The translations under genes were made by a program, and so were the position numbers. A model generated the notes under the pieces. It was not told the origin of the DNA and did no database searches. It saw only the letters and a list, made by a program, of their open reading frames with translations. DNA of 32,000 nucleotides from Mucisphaera calidilacus (GTDB lineage Bacteria > Planctomycetota > Phycisphaerae > Phycisphaerales > Phycisphaeraceae): contig NZ_CP036280.1 of the NCBI RefSeq assembly GCF_007748075.1, positions 2,430,001 to 2,462,000 on the forward strand. Direction: 5' to 3'. Shown here one piece after another: positions 23,687 through 32,000 of the stretch (positions within the stretch are counted from its first letter, which is position 1; each line of letters opens with the position of its first letter).

Positions 23687-23768
23687 GCCCGGTTTATCGA
23701 CTATGGGGAGGAGTGGGGAGAAAGGGTGAAGAGTGGGGCGTTGTGTATCGGACGCAGAGCGTGCGTGA

Positions 23769-24329
23769 TCAGGGCCTCAGGGCGGTCTCGATGCGGTCGC
23801 GGGCGGCGGCGAGGTGGTCGTGGGTGAGCGCGGGCGTGCCCTCGGGCGGGGTTTCGTCGTCGGGGTGGAGGGGGACCCAGGAGCGGCAGCCGCGGTACTC
23901 GGGTCGGTTGTCGACGGTGACGGGCTGCGGGAGTCGGGTGACGTTGAGGAGTACGGCGTAGACGGGGCGGTCGGGCTTGTAGTCGAAGCGCATGTCGATC
24001 TGGGGGGTGTCCCAGGCGAGCAGGTCGCGGAGGGGTTCGAGGCGGTCGCGGTCGGGCGCGATCCAGATCGCCTCGGCGGCGGCCCAGGCGGTGAGGGTGA
24101 CGCGGTCGGGTTCGGTGGTGTCGGTGATGAGGTGGCGGAACTCGGGCCGGATGCCTTCGGGCTTCTGGTGTTCGTAGGCGGGGTAGAGGAGGAAGCGCGG
24201 GTGTTCGAGTTCGAAGACCCCCGGGCCGGAGGGCTCGTGGATGCCGCCCTTGCGGAGGGTGAGGCAGACCTCGCCTTGGGCGAGGAGGTTGGTGACGGCG
24301 TGCCAGTCCTTGAGGGCGTGGGTGAGCAT
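23769..24329 (-). CDS. DUF1802-family protein
   Basis: ALKDWHAVTNLLAQGEVCLTLRKGGIHE...FELEHPRFLLYPAYEHQK resembles the DUF1802 family as I recall it. Function is unknown. Confidence 0.75.
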   Translation of the reverse strand: MLTHALKDWHAVTNLLAQGEVCLTLRKGGIHEPSGPGVFELEHPRFLLYPAYEHQKPEGIRPEFRHLITDTTEPDRVTLTAWAAAEAIWIAPDRDRLEPLRDLLAWDTPQIDMRFDYKPDRPVYAVLLNVTRLPQPVTVDNRPEYRGCRSWVPLHPDDETPPEGTPALTHDHLAAARDRIETALRP

Positions 24330-24357
24330 GAGGGGGAGGATAGCGGCGTCCGCGAGG

Positions 24358-25608
24358 TCAGGAGCGGCGTCTGGGCCAGACGCGGGCGTAGGCGTGGGCG
24401 ACGACGGGGATGAGGAGAAGGATGGCGATGGTGAGGAGGATCATGCGGAGGAGCAAGGCGTCGATGGCCTCGCGGATGATTTCGGCGGACCGGGTGACGG
24501 TGGTTTCGGTGATGCGGTCGACGCCTTCGAGGATGAAGGCGCGTTCGGCCTGGACGTAGTCCTCGACGCGGTCGAGGGTGTCGATGCGCTGCCTGGAGAT
24601 GTCTTCGAGGATCATCTGTCGTTCGAGGGCGAGCGCGACGATGACTTCGTCGCGTTCCCGGGAGATGTGTTCGAGGATGAGGCTGGTTTCGGTGTTGAGG
24701 GCTTCGAGAACGATGTCGCGTTCCTGGCCGACGGCTTCGAAGATGAGGGCGCGTTGCTCGGCGAGGAGTTCGGGGGCGTCTTCGACGATGGCCATGGTTG
24801 CGGCGACAGAGTCGATGAGTTGGGTGGTGCTTTGGCCCAGGGATTCGAGGTCCATCTGGCGGGTGAGGTCATCGAGTATGAGTTGTGTTTCCCAGCGGAC
24901 CTGCTTGTGGGCGTTGTTGAGGGTGTTGCGTGTCTGGTTGGAGAGGAGGTCGACCTGTTCTTCGAGGGACTGGATGCGGTCGACGGCGTTGCCGCCTGCG
25001 ATGGTGAGGTGAGCGAATTGTGCGACGGGGGAGGTGCGCGCAAAGCCGAGGTCGGTGATGGGGTTCTGTTCGGCGAAGGTTGCGATGTAGTCCTGTTCCC
25101 AGCGGTCGAAGGCCTGCTGGTCGGGGGTGATGTCGGTCCAGATGCGTTGGATGTCGTCGAGGATCTGATCGGCGGCGTCGATGGCGATCTGCTGGTGTTC
25201 GCCAAAGGCGTTGGCGGCGGGGCCGGTGGTGACGAGTGTTTTCATCTGGAGGGCGAGGGTCCAGGCGTCGTAGAGGGCGCCGAGCGGTCCCGGGCGGTAG
25301 CAGGCGTTGCGGAAGGCGGGGATGGCGCTGGTTTTCCAGAGCAGTGCGTTGCGGCGTGCGTGGCGGTCGTCGGTCTGCGTGGCGATGGTGTCGGCGGCGA
25401 CCTCAATGATGGCGGAGGTGTCGATGAGGAACTCGTTGGCCTGGGTGCGGAGGACTTCGCGGCGGAGGTCGCTTCGGATCCCGGGCGTGACCTGGCTGAA
25501 TCGTTTGAGGGCGAGGTTCTCGCGGTCGGAGTTGGTGATGCAGGCGGGGGTGGCGATGAGGCAGAGTGCGAGTGCGAGGGCGATGAGGCTTGCGGGGGCG
25601 TGTTTCAT
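24358..25608 (-). CDS. hypothetical lipoprotein with hendecad-repeat region and C-terminal TM helix
   Basis: Lipoprotein signal MKHAPASLIALALALCLIATPAC. The C-terminal TM is LLLRMILLTIAILLLIPVVAHAY followed by RVWPRRRS. Codon bias is coding-like. The opposite-strand ORF 24241-25656 is G/D/E/V-rich antisense noise. Confidence 0.8.
   Translation of the reverse strand: MKHAPASLIALALALCLIATPACITNSDRENLALKRFSQVTPGIRSDLRREVLRTQANEFLIDTSAIIEVAADTIATQTDDRHARRNALLWKTSAIPAFRNACYRPGPLGALYDAWTLALQMKTLVTTGPAANAFGEHQQIAIDAADQILDDIQRIWTDITPDQQAFDRWEQDYIATFAEQNPITDLGFARTSPVAQFAHLTIAGGNAVDRIQSLEEQVDLLSNQTRNTLNNAHKQVRWETQLILDDLTRQMDLESLGQSTTQLIDSVAATMAIVEDAPELLAEQRALIFEAVGQERDIVLEALNTETSLILEHISRERDEVIVALALERQMILEDISRQRIDTLDRVEDYVQAERAFILEGVDRITETTVTRSAEIIREAIDALLLRMILLTIAILLLIPVVAHAYARVWPRRRS
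24454..24762 (-). repeat. coding 33-nt (11-residue) periodic repeats
   Basis: Consecutive 11-mers are EQRALIFEAVG, QERDIVLEALN, TETSLILEHIS, RERDEVIVALA, LERQMILEDIS and RQRIDTLDRVE. After a DYVQ insertion come AERAFILEGVD and RITETTVTRSA. At DNA level TTCGAGGAT/TTCGAGAAC/TTCGAAGAT recurs at multiples of ~33 nt. Confidence 0.65.
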
Positions 25609-25704
25609 CGCGGTTTCCGGTGGGGTTTGAGAATTACGATCAGACGACCTGAATGACCGATCGTACCGATGGCTGCGGGTTGAACAAGCCTCGGCGACGA
25701 AGAA

Positions 25705-25733
25705 TCAACGGATTGGCGGGGCGGAGCCGATAA
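25705..25733 (+). promoter_or_regulatory. candidate sigma-28 (FliA) promoter for motA
   Basis: A perfect -10 octamer GCCGATAA at 25726-25733 lies 36 nt upstream of the motA ATG. The -35 is weak (TCAA at 25705-25708, spacing 17 rather than the consensus TAAA-N15). Confidence 0.5.
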
Positions 25734-25769
25734 GTCGGTCATAGGTCGCATTGCGCCCGAGGATATGAC

Positions 25770-26549
25770 ATGGACTTAGGCGTCATCTTTGGTTTCATCG
25801 GGACATGGATCCTGATCTTCTGGACCCTCATTCTGGGTGGGAGTCTGCTGGTCTATGTGGATGTCCCGTCGGTGATTCTGATTCTGGGTGCGTCGGTGAC
25901 GGTGCTGTTTTTCGTGTGCCCGATGGGGAACATCAAGAACCTTCTGCCGGTGATGAAGCGTCTGTTTTTCTACAAGTCGCCGCCGATTGATGATCTGATT
26001 GATCAGATGGTGGGGTTTGCGGAGACGGCTCGCCGAGACGGGATCCTGAGTCTGGAGAACTCGCTGAAGGAGGTTGAGGACGAGTTTGTGGTTCGGGGTA
26101 TTCAGATGGCGGTGGACGGGACGGACCCGGAGCTGATCGAGCAGATCATGGAGAACGAGCTCGAGAGCCTGATGGACCGGCACGAGGTGGGCAAGGGGAT
26201 GTTCGAGACGCTGGGCAAGTACGCGCCGGCGATGGGGATGATCGGGACGCTGATCGGTCTGGTGGCGATGCTCAACGACCTGTCGGACCCGGCGAAGATT
26301 GGTGCGGGCCTGGCGGTGGCGTTGTTGACGACGATGTACGGTTCGATGGTGGCGAACGGTTTTGCGTTGCCGATGGCGGACCGGCTGGGGACGCGATCGG
26401 CGGAGGAAGTGATTTACAAGACGATCATCATCAAGGGTGTGATGTCGATCCAGTCGGGCGACAACCCTCGTGTGGTGGAGCAGAAGCTCAAGACGTTCCT
26501 GCCGCCTCACCTGAGGAAGATGTCGGACGACGAAGAGCAGGCCGCGTAA
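25770..26549 (+). CDS. motA: flagellar stator protein MotA/PomA
   Basis: Four-TM MotA/TolQ/ExbB architecture. The conserved C-terminal channel region is YAPAMGMIGTLIGLVAML...ALLTTMYGSMVANGFALP. Confidence 0.93.
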   Translation: MDLGVIFGFIGTWILIFWTLILGGSLLVYVDVPSVILILGASVTVLFFVCPMGNIKNLLPVMKRLFFYKSPPIDDLIDQMVGFAETARRDGILSLENSLKEVEDEFVVRGIQMAVDGTDPELIEQIMENELESLMDRHEVGKGMFETLGKYAPAMGMIGTLIGLVAMLNDLSDPAKIGAGLAVALLTTMYGSMVANGFALPMADRLGTRSAEEVIYKTIIIKGVMSIQSGDNPRVVEQKLKTFLPPHLRKMSDDEEQAA

Positions 26550-26570
26550 CCGCGTTTAGGGTGGCTTGTC

Positions 26571-27323
26571 ATGGCTAAGAAACGCCAGAAAGCGGCGGCG
26601 GCGGGGGCCCCCGAGTGGATGGTGACGTACGGGGACATGGTGACGTTGTTGCTGTGCTTCTTCGTGCTGATCGTGTCGTTCTCGGAGATCAAGCGTGAGG
26701 ACGAGTTTCAGGCGGTGGTGGAGGAGATCAAGAAGGCGTTCGGGATGAAGGGTGGTGGCGGGAAGATTCCGACGCCTGACGACCCTGAGTTGTCGCTGAT
26801 CGAGAAGCTCGAGTACCTGGAGTTGAAGAAGGACAAGCAGCCGAGCCCCCAGGAGGTGAATGACCCGGCGATCGAGGGCGAGACGCCTACGGTGAAGACG
26901 ATTCGGCCTGGTGAGCTGTATGCGGTGGGGGGTCCGATCGTTTTTGAACCCGGTTCGGCCGAGTTGTCGGAGGCGTCGCGGGTGCAGTTGGGTCCGGTGA
27001 TCGAGGAGATCAAGGGCGCGAACAACCTGATCCTGATCAAGGGTCACACGGCGCGGCTGGAAATCGCGGGGCGGCACTCTGATTATAAAGACCTGTGGGA
27101 GCTGAGTTTTGCTCGCTCCAAGGCGATTTTTGATTATCTGACTTCGGAGGACGTGGGGTTGCGGTCTGAGCGGTTCAAGCTGATTTCGGCGGCGGACAAG
27201 GAGCCCTTGATTGAGCGTGCTTACTCGCTGGACGATCAGCAGCCGAATCGTCGAGCGGAACTGATGGTGAGCGCCTCGATCGTCGATGATTATTCGCAGC
27301 CGACGGCTGTCGGCGGCCCGTGA
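26571..27323 (+). CDS. motB: flagellar stator protein MotB (OmpA-like peptidoglycan-binding domain)
   Basis: APEWMVTYGDMVTLLLCFFVLIVS carries the conserved Asp in the TM helix. The C-terminal OmpA-like motifs are GHTA, LSFARSKAIFDYL and NRRAEL. Confidence 0.93.
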   Translation: MAKKRQKAAAAGAPEWMVTYGDMVTLLLCFFVLIVSFSEIKREDEFQAVVEEIKKAFGMKGGGGKIPTPDDPELSLIEKLEYLELKKDKQPSPQEVNDPAIEGETPTVKTIRPGELYAVGGPIVFEPGSAELSEASRVQLGPVIEEIKGANNLILIKGHTARLEIAGRHSDYKDLWELSFARSKAIFDYLTSEDVGLRSERFKLISAADKEPLIERAYSLDDQQPNRRAELMVSASIVDDYSQPTAVGGP

Positions 27324-27355
27324 GGGTGGGTTTGGACGTTTTGTGTGGTTTGTGA

Positions 27356-27886
27356 GTGATGCCGATGCCTGATGAAGAAACCCAAGCAGCGCCGCCTAAG
27401 GGTGGTCTCCCGATCAAGACGCTGGCCGCTGTGGCGGTGGTGGTGATCATTGAGGCGGTGGTGATCATCGGTGTGTTCATGTTGAACTCGGGTCCGGAGC
27501 AGGTGGCGGCGGACGAGTTGGCGACGGACGTGGTCGCGATGGCGGAGCAGCCGGCCGAGTTGCTGGTGATCGCGGAGAAGTTCCAGAACACGCGGACGGG
27601 TCGTGCTTATCTGTATGACACCGAGGTTTACATCGTTTGCAAGAGCAAGTTCCTTGGGACGCTGGAGTCGCGTCTGGAGACGAACCGGGCGCAGATCAGT
27701 TCGGACCTTGCGTTTCTGTTCCGTCGTGCCGAGCCGTCGTTTTTGCTGGAGCCGGATTTGTCGACGCTCCGTCGTCAGATCCACGCGGTTCTGGATTCGC
27801 GTCTGGGCAAGGACGAGGACAGCGGAAAGTCGTACATTGATGAGGTGTTGATCCCGAAGTGCACGCAGTTCCGGTCTGACGGGTAA
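27356..27886 (+). CDS. fliL: flagellar basal-body-associated protein FliL
   Basis: Single N-terminal TM ([21 protein letters not shown]), FliL-like length and C-terminal [12 protein letters not shown]. Its position is between motB and fliN. The start could be 27356, 27359 or 27365. Confidence 0.78.
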   Translation: MMPMPDEETQAAPPKGGLPIKTLAAVAVVVIIEAVVIIGVFMLNSGPEQVAADELATDVVAMAEQPAELLVIAEKFQNTRTGRAYLYDTEVYIVCKSKFLGTLESRLETNRAQISSDLAFLFRRAEPSFLLEPDLSTLRRQIHAVLDSRLGKDEDSGKSYIDEVLIPKCTQFRSDG

Positions 27887-27935
27887 GGAGACCCACGGGC
27901 CGACGATTTTATGTTCTCCTGCCGGCAAGGACGCC

Positions 27936-28400
27936 ATGGCTGACGAGACCCCCACGAATCCGGTTGACCCGACGGGTGATGATGTTCAGGACGCGTTGTC
28001 GCAGGCGCAGTCGTCGGTCGAGGAGTTGAGCAACCTCGTGGACGAGGCTCAGCTGCTGGCGGATAACGAGATCGGTGAGGATTCGGAGACGGGTCACGCG
28101 ATCGAGATCCTGGGGGACGTGGAGCTGGACTGTTCGATCGAGCTGGGTCGGACGGAGATGCTGGTGGAGGACGTGCTTCGTCTTGCCGAGGGGAGCGTGG
28201 TGGAGCTGGACAAGCTGGCGGGCGACCCGGTGGATGTTTATGTAAACGAGCGGCTGGTGGCGCGGGGCGAGGTGCTGGTGCTGAATGACAATTTCTGTAT
28301 CCGCATCAGCGAGATCGTTGCGAATCTTGCTGAGGAGGCGGAGGAGGCTGCGTCGGAGGTGGTGAGTCAGGAGCAGTCGACGGAGCCGTCGGCTGCGTGA
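27936..28400 (+). CDS. fliN: flagellar motor switch protein FliN
   Basis: The SpoA domain reads [69 protein letters not shown]. An AAGGA RBS is present. Confidence 0.93.
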   Translation: MADETPTNPVDPTGDDVQDALSQAQSSVEELSNLVDEAQLLADNEIGEDSETGHAIEILGDVELDCSIELGRTEMLVEDVLRLAEGSVVELDKLAGDPVDVYVNERLVARGEVLVLNDNFCIRISEIVANLAEEAEEAASEVVSQEQSTEPSAA

Positions 28401-28460
28401 TGGGATCGTTTTTTGAGCGTCGGCGGAGCCGGCGTGCTTGCGGTCATGGAGGACCGGTTT

Positions 28461-29213
28461 ATGCGGCGGAGCCGCGGACATCAGGCGTTTTGTGGTTCGG
28501 CGCGGCTGTGGCGTGCGTTGTGTGTGGCGTTGCTGCTGTGCGTCGGCTGGGTTGATCGTGCGTCGGGGGATCGGTTGTCGGATCTGGCGTTGGAGATGAC
28601 GGACCCGTCGCGTCGCGTGGCGGCTGAGGGTTCGTCGGGTGAGGGTGTTGAGCCGGTGGTGTTGTCGGCGGCGACAACGTCGCTGGCGTCGGAGCGTCGG
28701 CCGCTGGGACGGATTTCGGGGGAGGCGCAGCCTCTGCCGGAGGCGTCGTCGGGCGGGTCGTGGTGGCTGCTGGAGACGGCGGGCGCGTTGGGGTGTGTGA
28801 TCGGCGTGATTTTCATAGCGCGTTTTGCGTACCAGAAGTTTTCGGGTCAGTCGGTGGTGGCGGGGGCTCATCGGGGCGACGTGGAGGTGTTGTCGCGGAC
28901 GACGATCGCGCCTCGGAACCAGATCGTGCTGCTGCGGGTGGCGGGCCGGGTGCTGGTGTGCAGCGACTCGGCGCAGGGGATGTGTTGTCTGTCGGAGATC
29001 ACGGACGAGCAGGAGGTGGCGGGGATTCTGGGTCGTTCGCCTCGGGACGCGGAGCTGCGGCCGTCGCAGGCGTTCTCGGAGGTGTTGACGGACCTCGAGA
29101 ACGAGCCGGCTGAGGAGGAGGCGGTGGAGGCGGGTGTGGACAAGGCTCGGGATGACCTGTCGCGGCTGCTGAGCCGTGTGCGTGCGGCGAAGGAAGGGGG
29201 TTGGGTGGCTTGA
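28461..29213 (+). CDS. fliO: flagellar export apparatus protein FliO (N-terminally extended)
   Basis: TM WWLLETAGALGCVIGVIFIARFAY is followed by VEVLSRTTIAPRNQIVLLRVAGRVLVCSDSAQG, which is typical of FliO. The gene sits before fliP. ATG 28461 has a GGAGGA RBS 7 nt upstream. Alternative starts are 28413 and 28446. Confidence 0.7.
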   Translation: MRRSRGHQAFCGSARLWRALCVALLLCVGWVDRASGDRLSDLALEMTDPSRRVAAEGSSGEGVEPVVLSAATTSLASERRPLGRISGEAQPLPEASSGGSWWLLETAGALGCVIGVIFIARFAYQKFSGQSVVAGAHRGDVEVLSRTTIAPRNQIVLLRVAGRVLVCSDSAQGMCCLSEITDEQEVAGILGRSPRDAELRPSQAFSEVLTDLENEPAEEEAVEAGVDKARDDLSRLLSRVRAAKEGGWVA

Positions 29214-30049
29214 GGGGTTGGCTGCTCCTGGTTGTGGCGGCGGTGCTGGTTCTGATGCCGGCGTTGGCTGCTGCGCAGGACGCGCCGTCGTCGGATCGGT
29301 TCAATCCGCTGTCGCTGCTGGAGAACGCGAGTCGGGCGATCCCGGCGGAGAACGCGGACGCGGTGGACGATGCGCCGCGTGGCGATCTGAGCGCGTCGCT
29401 GTCGATCATCCTGCTGCTGACGCTGATCTCGCTGGCGCCGTCGTTCCTGGTGATGTGCACGAGTTTCACGCGCGCGGTGGTGGTGTTCGCGTTGCTGCGT
29501 CAGGCGTTGGGCACGCAGCAGTTGCCGCCCTCGCAGGTGATCACGGGGATGGCGTTGTTTTTCACGCTGATGACGATGTCGCCTGTGTTCGACAGGGTGT
29601 GGTCGGACGCGGTGGTGCCTTATCAGTCGGGCGAGATTGATCAGTGGCAGGCGTGGGAGCGTGGCAAGGCTCCGGTGCGACAGTTCATGTTTGATCAGAT
29701 CGAGCACGCGGACAACTGGTCGCACGTGTACATGGTTCTGAACTATCGGGGCGTGGACACGTCGGACCCGTCGTCGCTGACGCGTGCGGACGTGGACACG
29801 CTGTCGCTGGTGCCGGCGTTCATGCTGTCGGAGTTGAAGACGGCGTTTCTGATCGGATTCCGGCTGTACCTGCCGTTTCTGATCATTGACATGGTGGTGG
29901 CGAGCGTGCTGATCTCGATGGGCATGCTGATGCTGCCGCCGGTGCTGATCTCGCTGCCCTTCAAGCTGTTGCTGTTCGTGCTGGTGGACGGGTGGATGCT
30001 GGTGGCGGGGAGCCTGCTGAACAGCTTTGATCTCTCGGGTTTCCTGTGA
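29201..30049 (+). CDS. fliP: flagellar type III export apparatus protein FliP
   Basis: Signal-like N-terminus, then SFTRAVVVFALLRQALGTQQLPPSQVITGMALFFTLMTMSPV and LPFLIIDMVVASVLISMGM. TTG start after GGAAGGGGG. The gene overlaps fliO by 13 nt. Confidence 0.94.
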   Translation: MGGLRGWLLLVVAAVLVLMPALAAAQDAPSSDRFNPLSLLENASRAIPAENADAVDDAPRGDLSASLSIILLLTLISLAPSFLVMCTSFTRAVVVFALLRQALGTQQLPPSQVITGMALFFTLMTMSPVFDRVWSDAVVPYQSGEIDQWQAWERGKAPVRQFMFDQIEHADNWSHVYMVLNYRGVDTSDPSSLTRADVDTLSLVPAFMLSELKTAFLIGFRLYLPFLIIDMVVASVLISMGMLMLPPVLISLPFKLLLFVLVDGWMLVAGSLLNSFDLSGFL

Positions 30050-30057
30050 CGGAGTGA

Positions 30058-30318
30058 ATGATGACGACGGACTATGCGTTGGACATTGTGCGAGAGGCGT
30101 TGATGCTGACGCTGCTGCTGAGCCTGCCGGTGCTGGGGATCGCGTTGATCGTGGGTTTGTCGATCAGCATTCTTCAGGCGATGACGCAGATTCAGGAGCA
30201 GACGCTGACGTTCGTGCCGAAGATTTTGGCGATGGGTGCGGTGACGATCATGGCGGTGCCGTGGATGGCGATCAAGATCATGGAGTTCGCGACGCGGATG
30301 TTTTCGGGTCAGGGTTGA
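30058..30318 (+). CDS. fliQ: flagellar export apparatus protein FliQ
   Basis: 86-aa two-TM protein with LLLSLPVLGIALIVGLSISILQAMTQIQEQTLTFVPK. A GGAG RBS is present. Confidence 0.94.
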   Translation: MMTTDYALDIVREALMLTLLLSLPVLGIALIVGLSISILQAMTQIQEQTLTFVPKILAMGAVTIMAVPWMAIKIMEFATRMFSGQG

Positions 30319-30335
30319 GTGGATGAGGGTGTTTG

Positions 30336-31151
30336 ATGGTTGATCTGACCTGGCTTGTGGCGCATGTGCCGGCGTTTGTGCTGGTGCTGTCGCGCATGAC
30401 GGGTCTGTTCCTGTTTGCGCCGATGTTCGGGAGCAATGCGGTTCCGCGTTTCATGCGTGTGATGTTCGCGTTCGGTCTGTCGTTGGCGTTGTACCCGATG
30501 CTGCTGGAGCCGACGCGTGCATCGGCGGGTTATCTGCTGCCGGTGCTGGACGAGGGTTTGATGCTCTGGGTGTTGTTGCCTCTGATGGCGGTGGAGTTGC
30601 TGGTGGGTTACGTGGTCGGTTGGTGTGCGTCGCTGCCTTTGATCGGTGTGCAGATGGCGGGTCACACGATGGATCAGCAGATGGGCATGGGTTTGGCGCA
30701 GGTGTTGAACCCGGAGTTGGGTGAGCAGTCGGGCGTGCTGGGTGAGTTTTTGTTCGTGATGGCGTTGGCGATGTTTTTGCTGATGGGGGGGCATCTGGTG
30801 CTGGTGACGATGATGGTGGGGAGTTTTGATCAGTTTCCGCCCGGGGGTTTCACGGGTTTTCACGCGGTGTTTGGTTTGGGATTTGCGTGCGTGTCGCTGA
30901 TCATGGAGATGACGCTGAAGGTGGCGGCGCCGCTGATCTGCCTGATTTTCCTGGAGACGGTGGCGTTGGGTTTTGTGGCGCGGACGGTGCCTCAGATGAA
31001 CATTCTGAGCGTGGGTTTTGCGTTGCGTCTGGTGGTGGGAATGATTTTCATCGTGCTGGTGCTGGGCGCGATCGGCGCGGTGTTTGAGGACGTGACGGAC
31101 GGGCTGCTCAAGCGTGTGATGAGTGTGGTGGCGTTGGGGGATGGTGCCTGA
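30336..31151 (+). CDS. fliR: flagellar export apparatus protein FliR
   Basis: Polytopic protein beginning VLVLSRMTGLFLFAPMFGS. Its position is between fliQ and flhB. ATG 30336 is preceded by GAGGG at a 6-nt spacing; the ORF track starts at TTG 30333. Confidence 0.92.
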   Translation: MVDLTWLVAHVPAFVLVLSRMTGLFLFAPMFGSNAVPRFMRVMFAFGLSLALYPMLLEPTRASAGYLLPVLDEGLMLWVLLPLMAVELLVGYVVGWCASLPLIGVQMAGHTMDQQMGMGLAQVLNPELGEQSGVLGEFLFVMALAMFLLMGGHLVLVTMMVGSFDQFPPGGFTGFHAVFGLGFACVSLIMEMTLKVAAPLICLIFLETVALGFVARTVPQMNILSVGFALRLVVGMIFIVLVLGAIGAVFEDVTDGLLKRVMSVVALGDGA

Positions 31152-32000
31152 TGGCCGAGAGCGCTCAAGAGAAGACTGAACCGGCAACGCCTCGTCGGCG
31201 TCAGAAGGCGCGTGAGGAGGGGAACGTCGCCAAGAGCATGGACCTGACGGCGTCGGTGGCGTTGCTGCTGGGCGTGGCGTTGCTGTACATGCTGGGTCGT
31301 CAGATGTTTGGCGGGATGAAGGGTCTGGTGGAGCGTGCGTTGCGTGCGGATTTCGCGAGCAACCCGGCGCGTGCGGAGGACCTGGTGGCGGCGTTGGCGG
31401 ACGGGATTTATGTGTATGTGGAGTTGGCGGCGCCGTTTATGGGTGCGATGGCGTTCGTGGCGCTGGTGGCGACGCTCTACCAGGTGGGGTTGCTGCTGAC
31501 GACGAAGCCGCTGGCGCCGAAGCTGAGCAAGTTCAACCTGATCAAGGGTGCACAGCAGATGGTGAACCTGCGTGCGTTGATGCGGTTTGTTCAGAGCATG
31601 CTGAAGGTGGTGCTGCTGCTGGGGCTTGGGGGGCTGCTGGTCTATCTGGATATTGAGAAGCTGCTGCACCTGGCGTTGCTGGACGTGGAGCCGGCGTTTG
31701 CGGGCGCGTGCGAGCTGGTCTTTTCGCTGTCGGTGAAGCTGGCGTTGATGCTGCTGATCCTGGGGGTGATTGATTACGCGTACCAGAAGTGGCAGCACGA
31801 GGAAGAGCTCAAGATGAGCAAGCAGGACGTGAAGGAGGAGATGCGGAACATGGACGGCGACCCGATGGTGAAGCAGCGTCGGGCGCGTGTGGCGCGTCAG
31901 CTGGCGATGCAGCGGGTGTCGGCGGCGGTTCCTCAGGCGGATGTGATCGTGACGAACCCGACGCACTTCGCGGTGGCGTTGAAGTATGACGCTTCGACGA
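31151..32000 (+). CDS. flhB: flagellar export switch protein FlhB (3' end beyond window)
   Basis: My own translation from ATG 31151, which overlaps the fliR TGA, gives MAESAQEKTEPATPRRRQKAREEGNVAKSMDL. Later come KMSKQDVKEEMRNMDGDPMVKQRRARVARQ and the autocleavage site NPTHFAVALKY. The frame is open to the window edge. Confidence 0.93.
   Translation, partial: MAESAQEKTEPATPRRRQKAREEGNVAKSMDLTASVALLLGVALLYMLGRQMFGGMKGLVERALRADFASNPARAEDLVAALADGIYVYVELAAPFMGAMAFVALVATLYQVGLLLTTKPLAPKLSKFNLIKGAQQMVNLRALMRFVQSMLKVVLLLGLGGLLVYLDIEKLLHLALLDVEPAFAGACELVFSLSVKLALMLLILGVIDYAYQKWQHEEELKMSKQDVKEEMRNMDGDPMVKQRRARVARQLAMQRVSAAVPQADVIVTNPTHFAVALKYDAST

Noticed and set aside
23711-23740. Purine-rich stretch with repeated AGTGGGG upstream of the acyltransferase gene
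   Set aside because: It is short and low-complexity, with no symmetry or known motif. It is likely just a pyrimidine-rich 5' UTR on the coding (minus) strand.

Overview
The window is a GC-rich bacterial chromosomal segment; third codon positions are overwhelmingly G/C. I infer a Planctomycetota (Phycisphaerae-like) origin from three things: a DUF1559/prepilin-type H-X9-DG protein, PEP-CTERM sorting signals and the futalosine gene mqnA. Most of the window is housekeeping. It contains an unknown-unknown-phoH-pgpH operon, rpsF-ssb-rplI, lipA, ispF fused in an operon with a sigma-54 response regulator, mqnA, folK-queE-queD, a nucleoside hydrolase with an EamA transporter, and cysH. The last 6 kb is a flagellar operon, motA-motB-fliL-fliN-fliO-fliP-fliQ-fliR-flhB, with flhB running off the 3' edge. 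I found no rRNA, tRNA, CRISPR array, transposase or integrase. I cannot demonstrate a novel system from sequence alone. The candidates most worth follow-up are listed here.
- A 478-aa multi-HTH protein (14941-16377) has a C-terminus resembling sigma-70 region 2 placed after a region-4-like HTH, which is a permuted order.
- That gene is divergently paired with a His-rich three-gene surface cluster: a small membrane protein, a DUF1559 pseudopilin-like protein and a PEP-CTERM protein.
- A low-GC Phd/ParE toxin-antitoxin islet carries an apparently frameshifted toxin.
- A doubly anchored lipoprotein built of 11-residue repeats is divergent from motA.
- A perfect sigma-28 -10 box lies upstream of motA.
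The many long Arg/Gly/Asp-rich ORFs antisense to these genes are high-GC artefacts.
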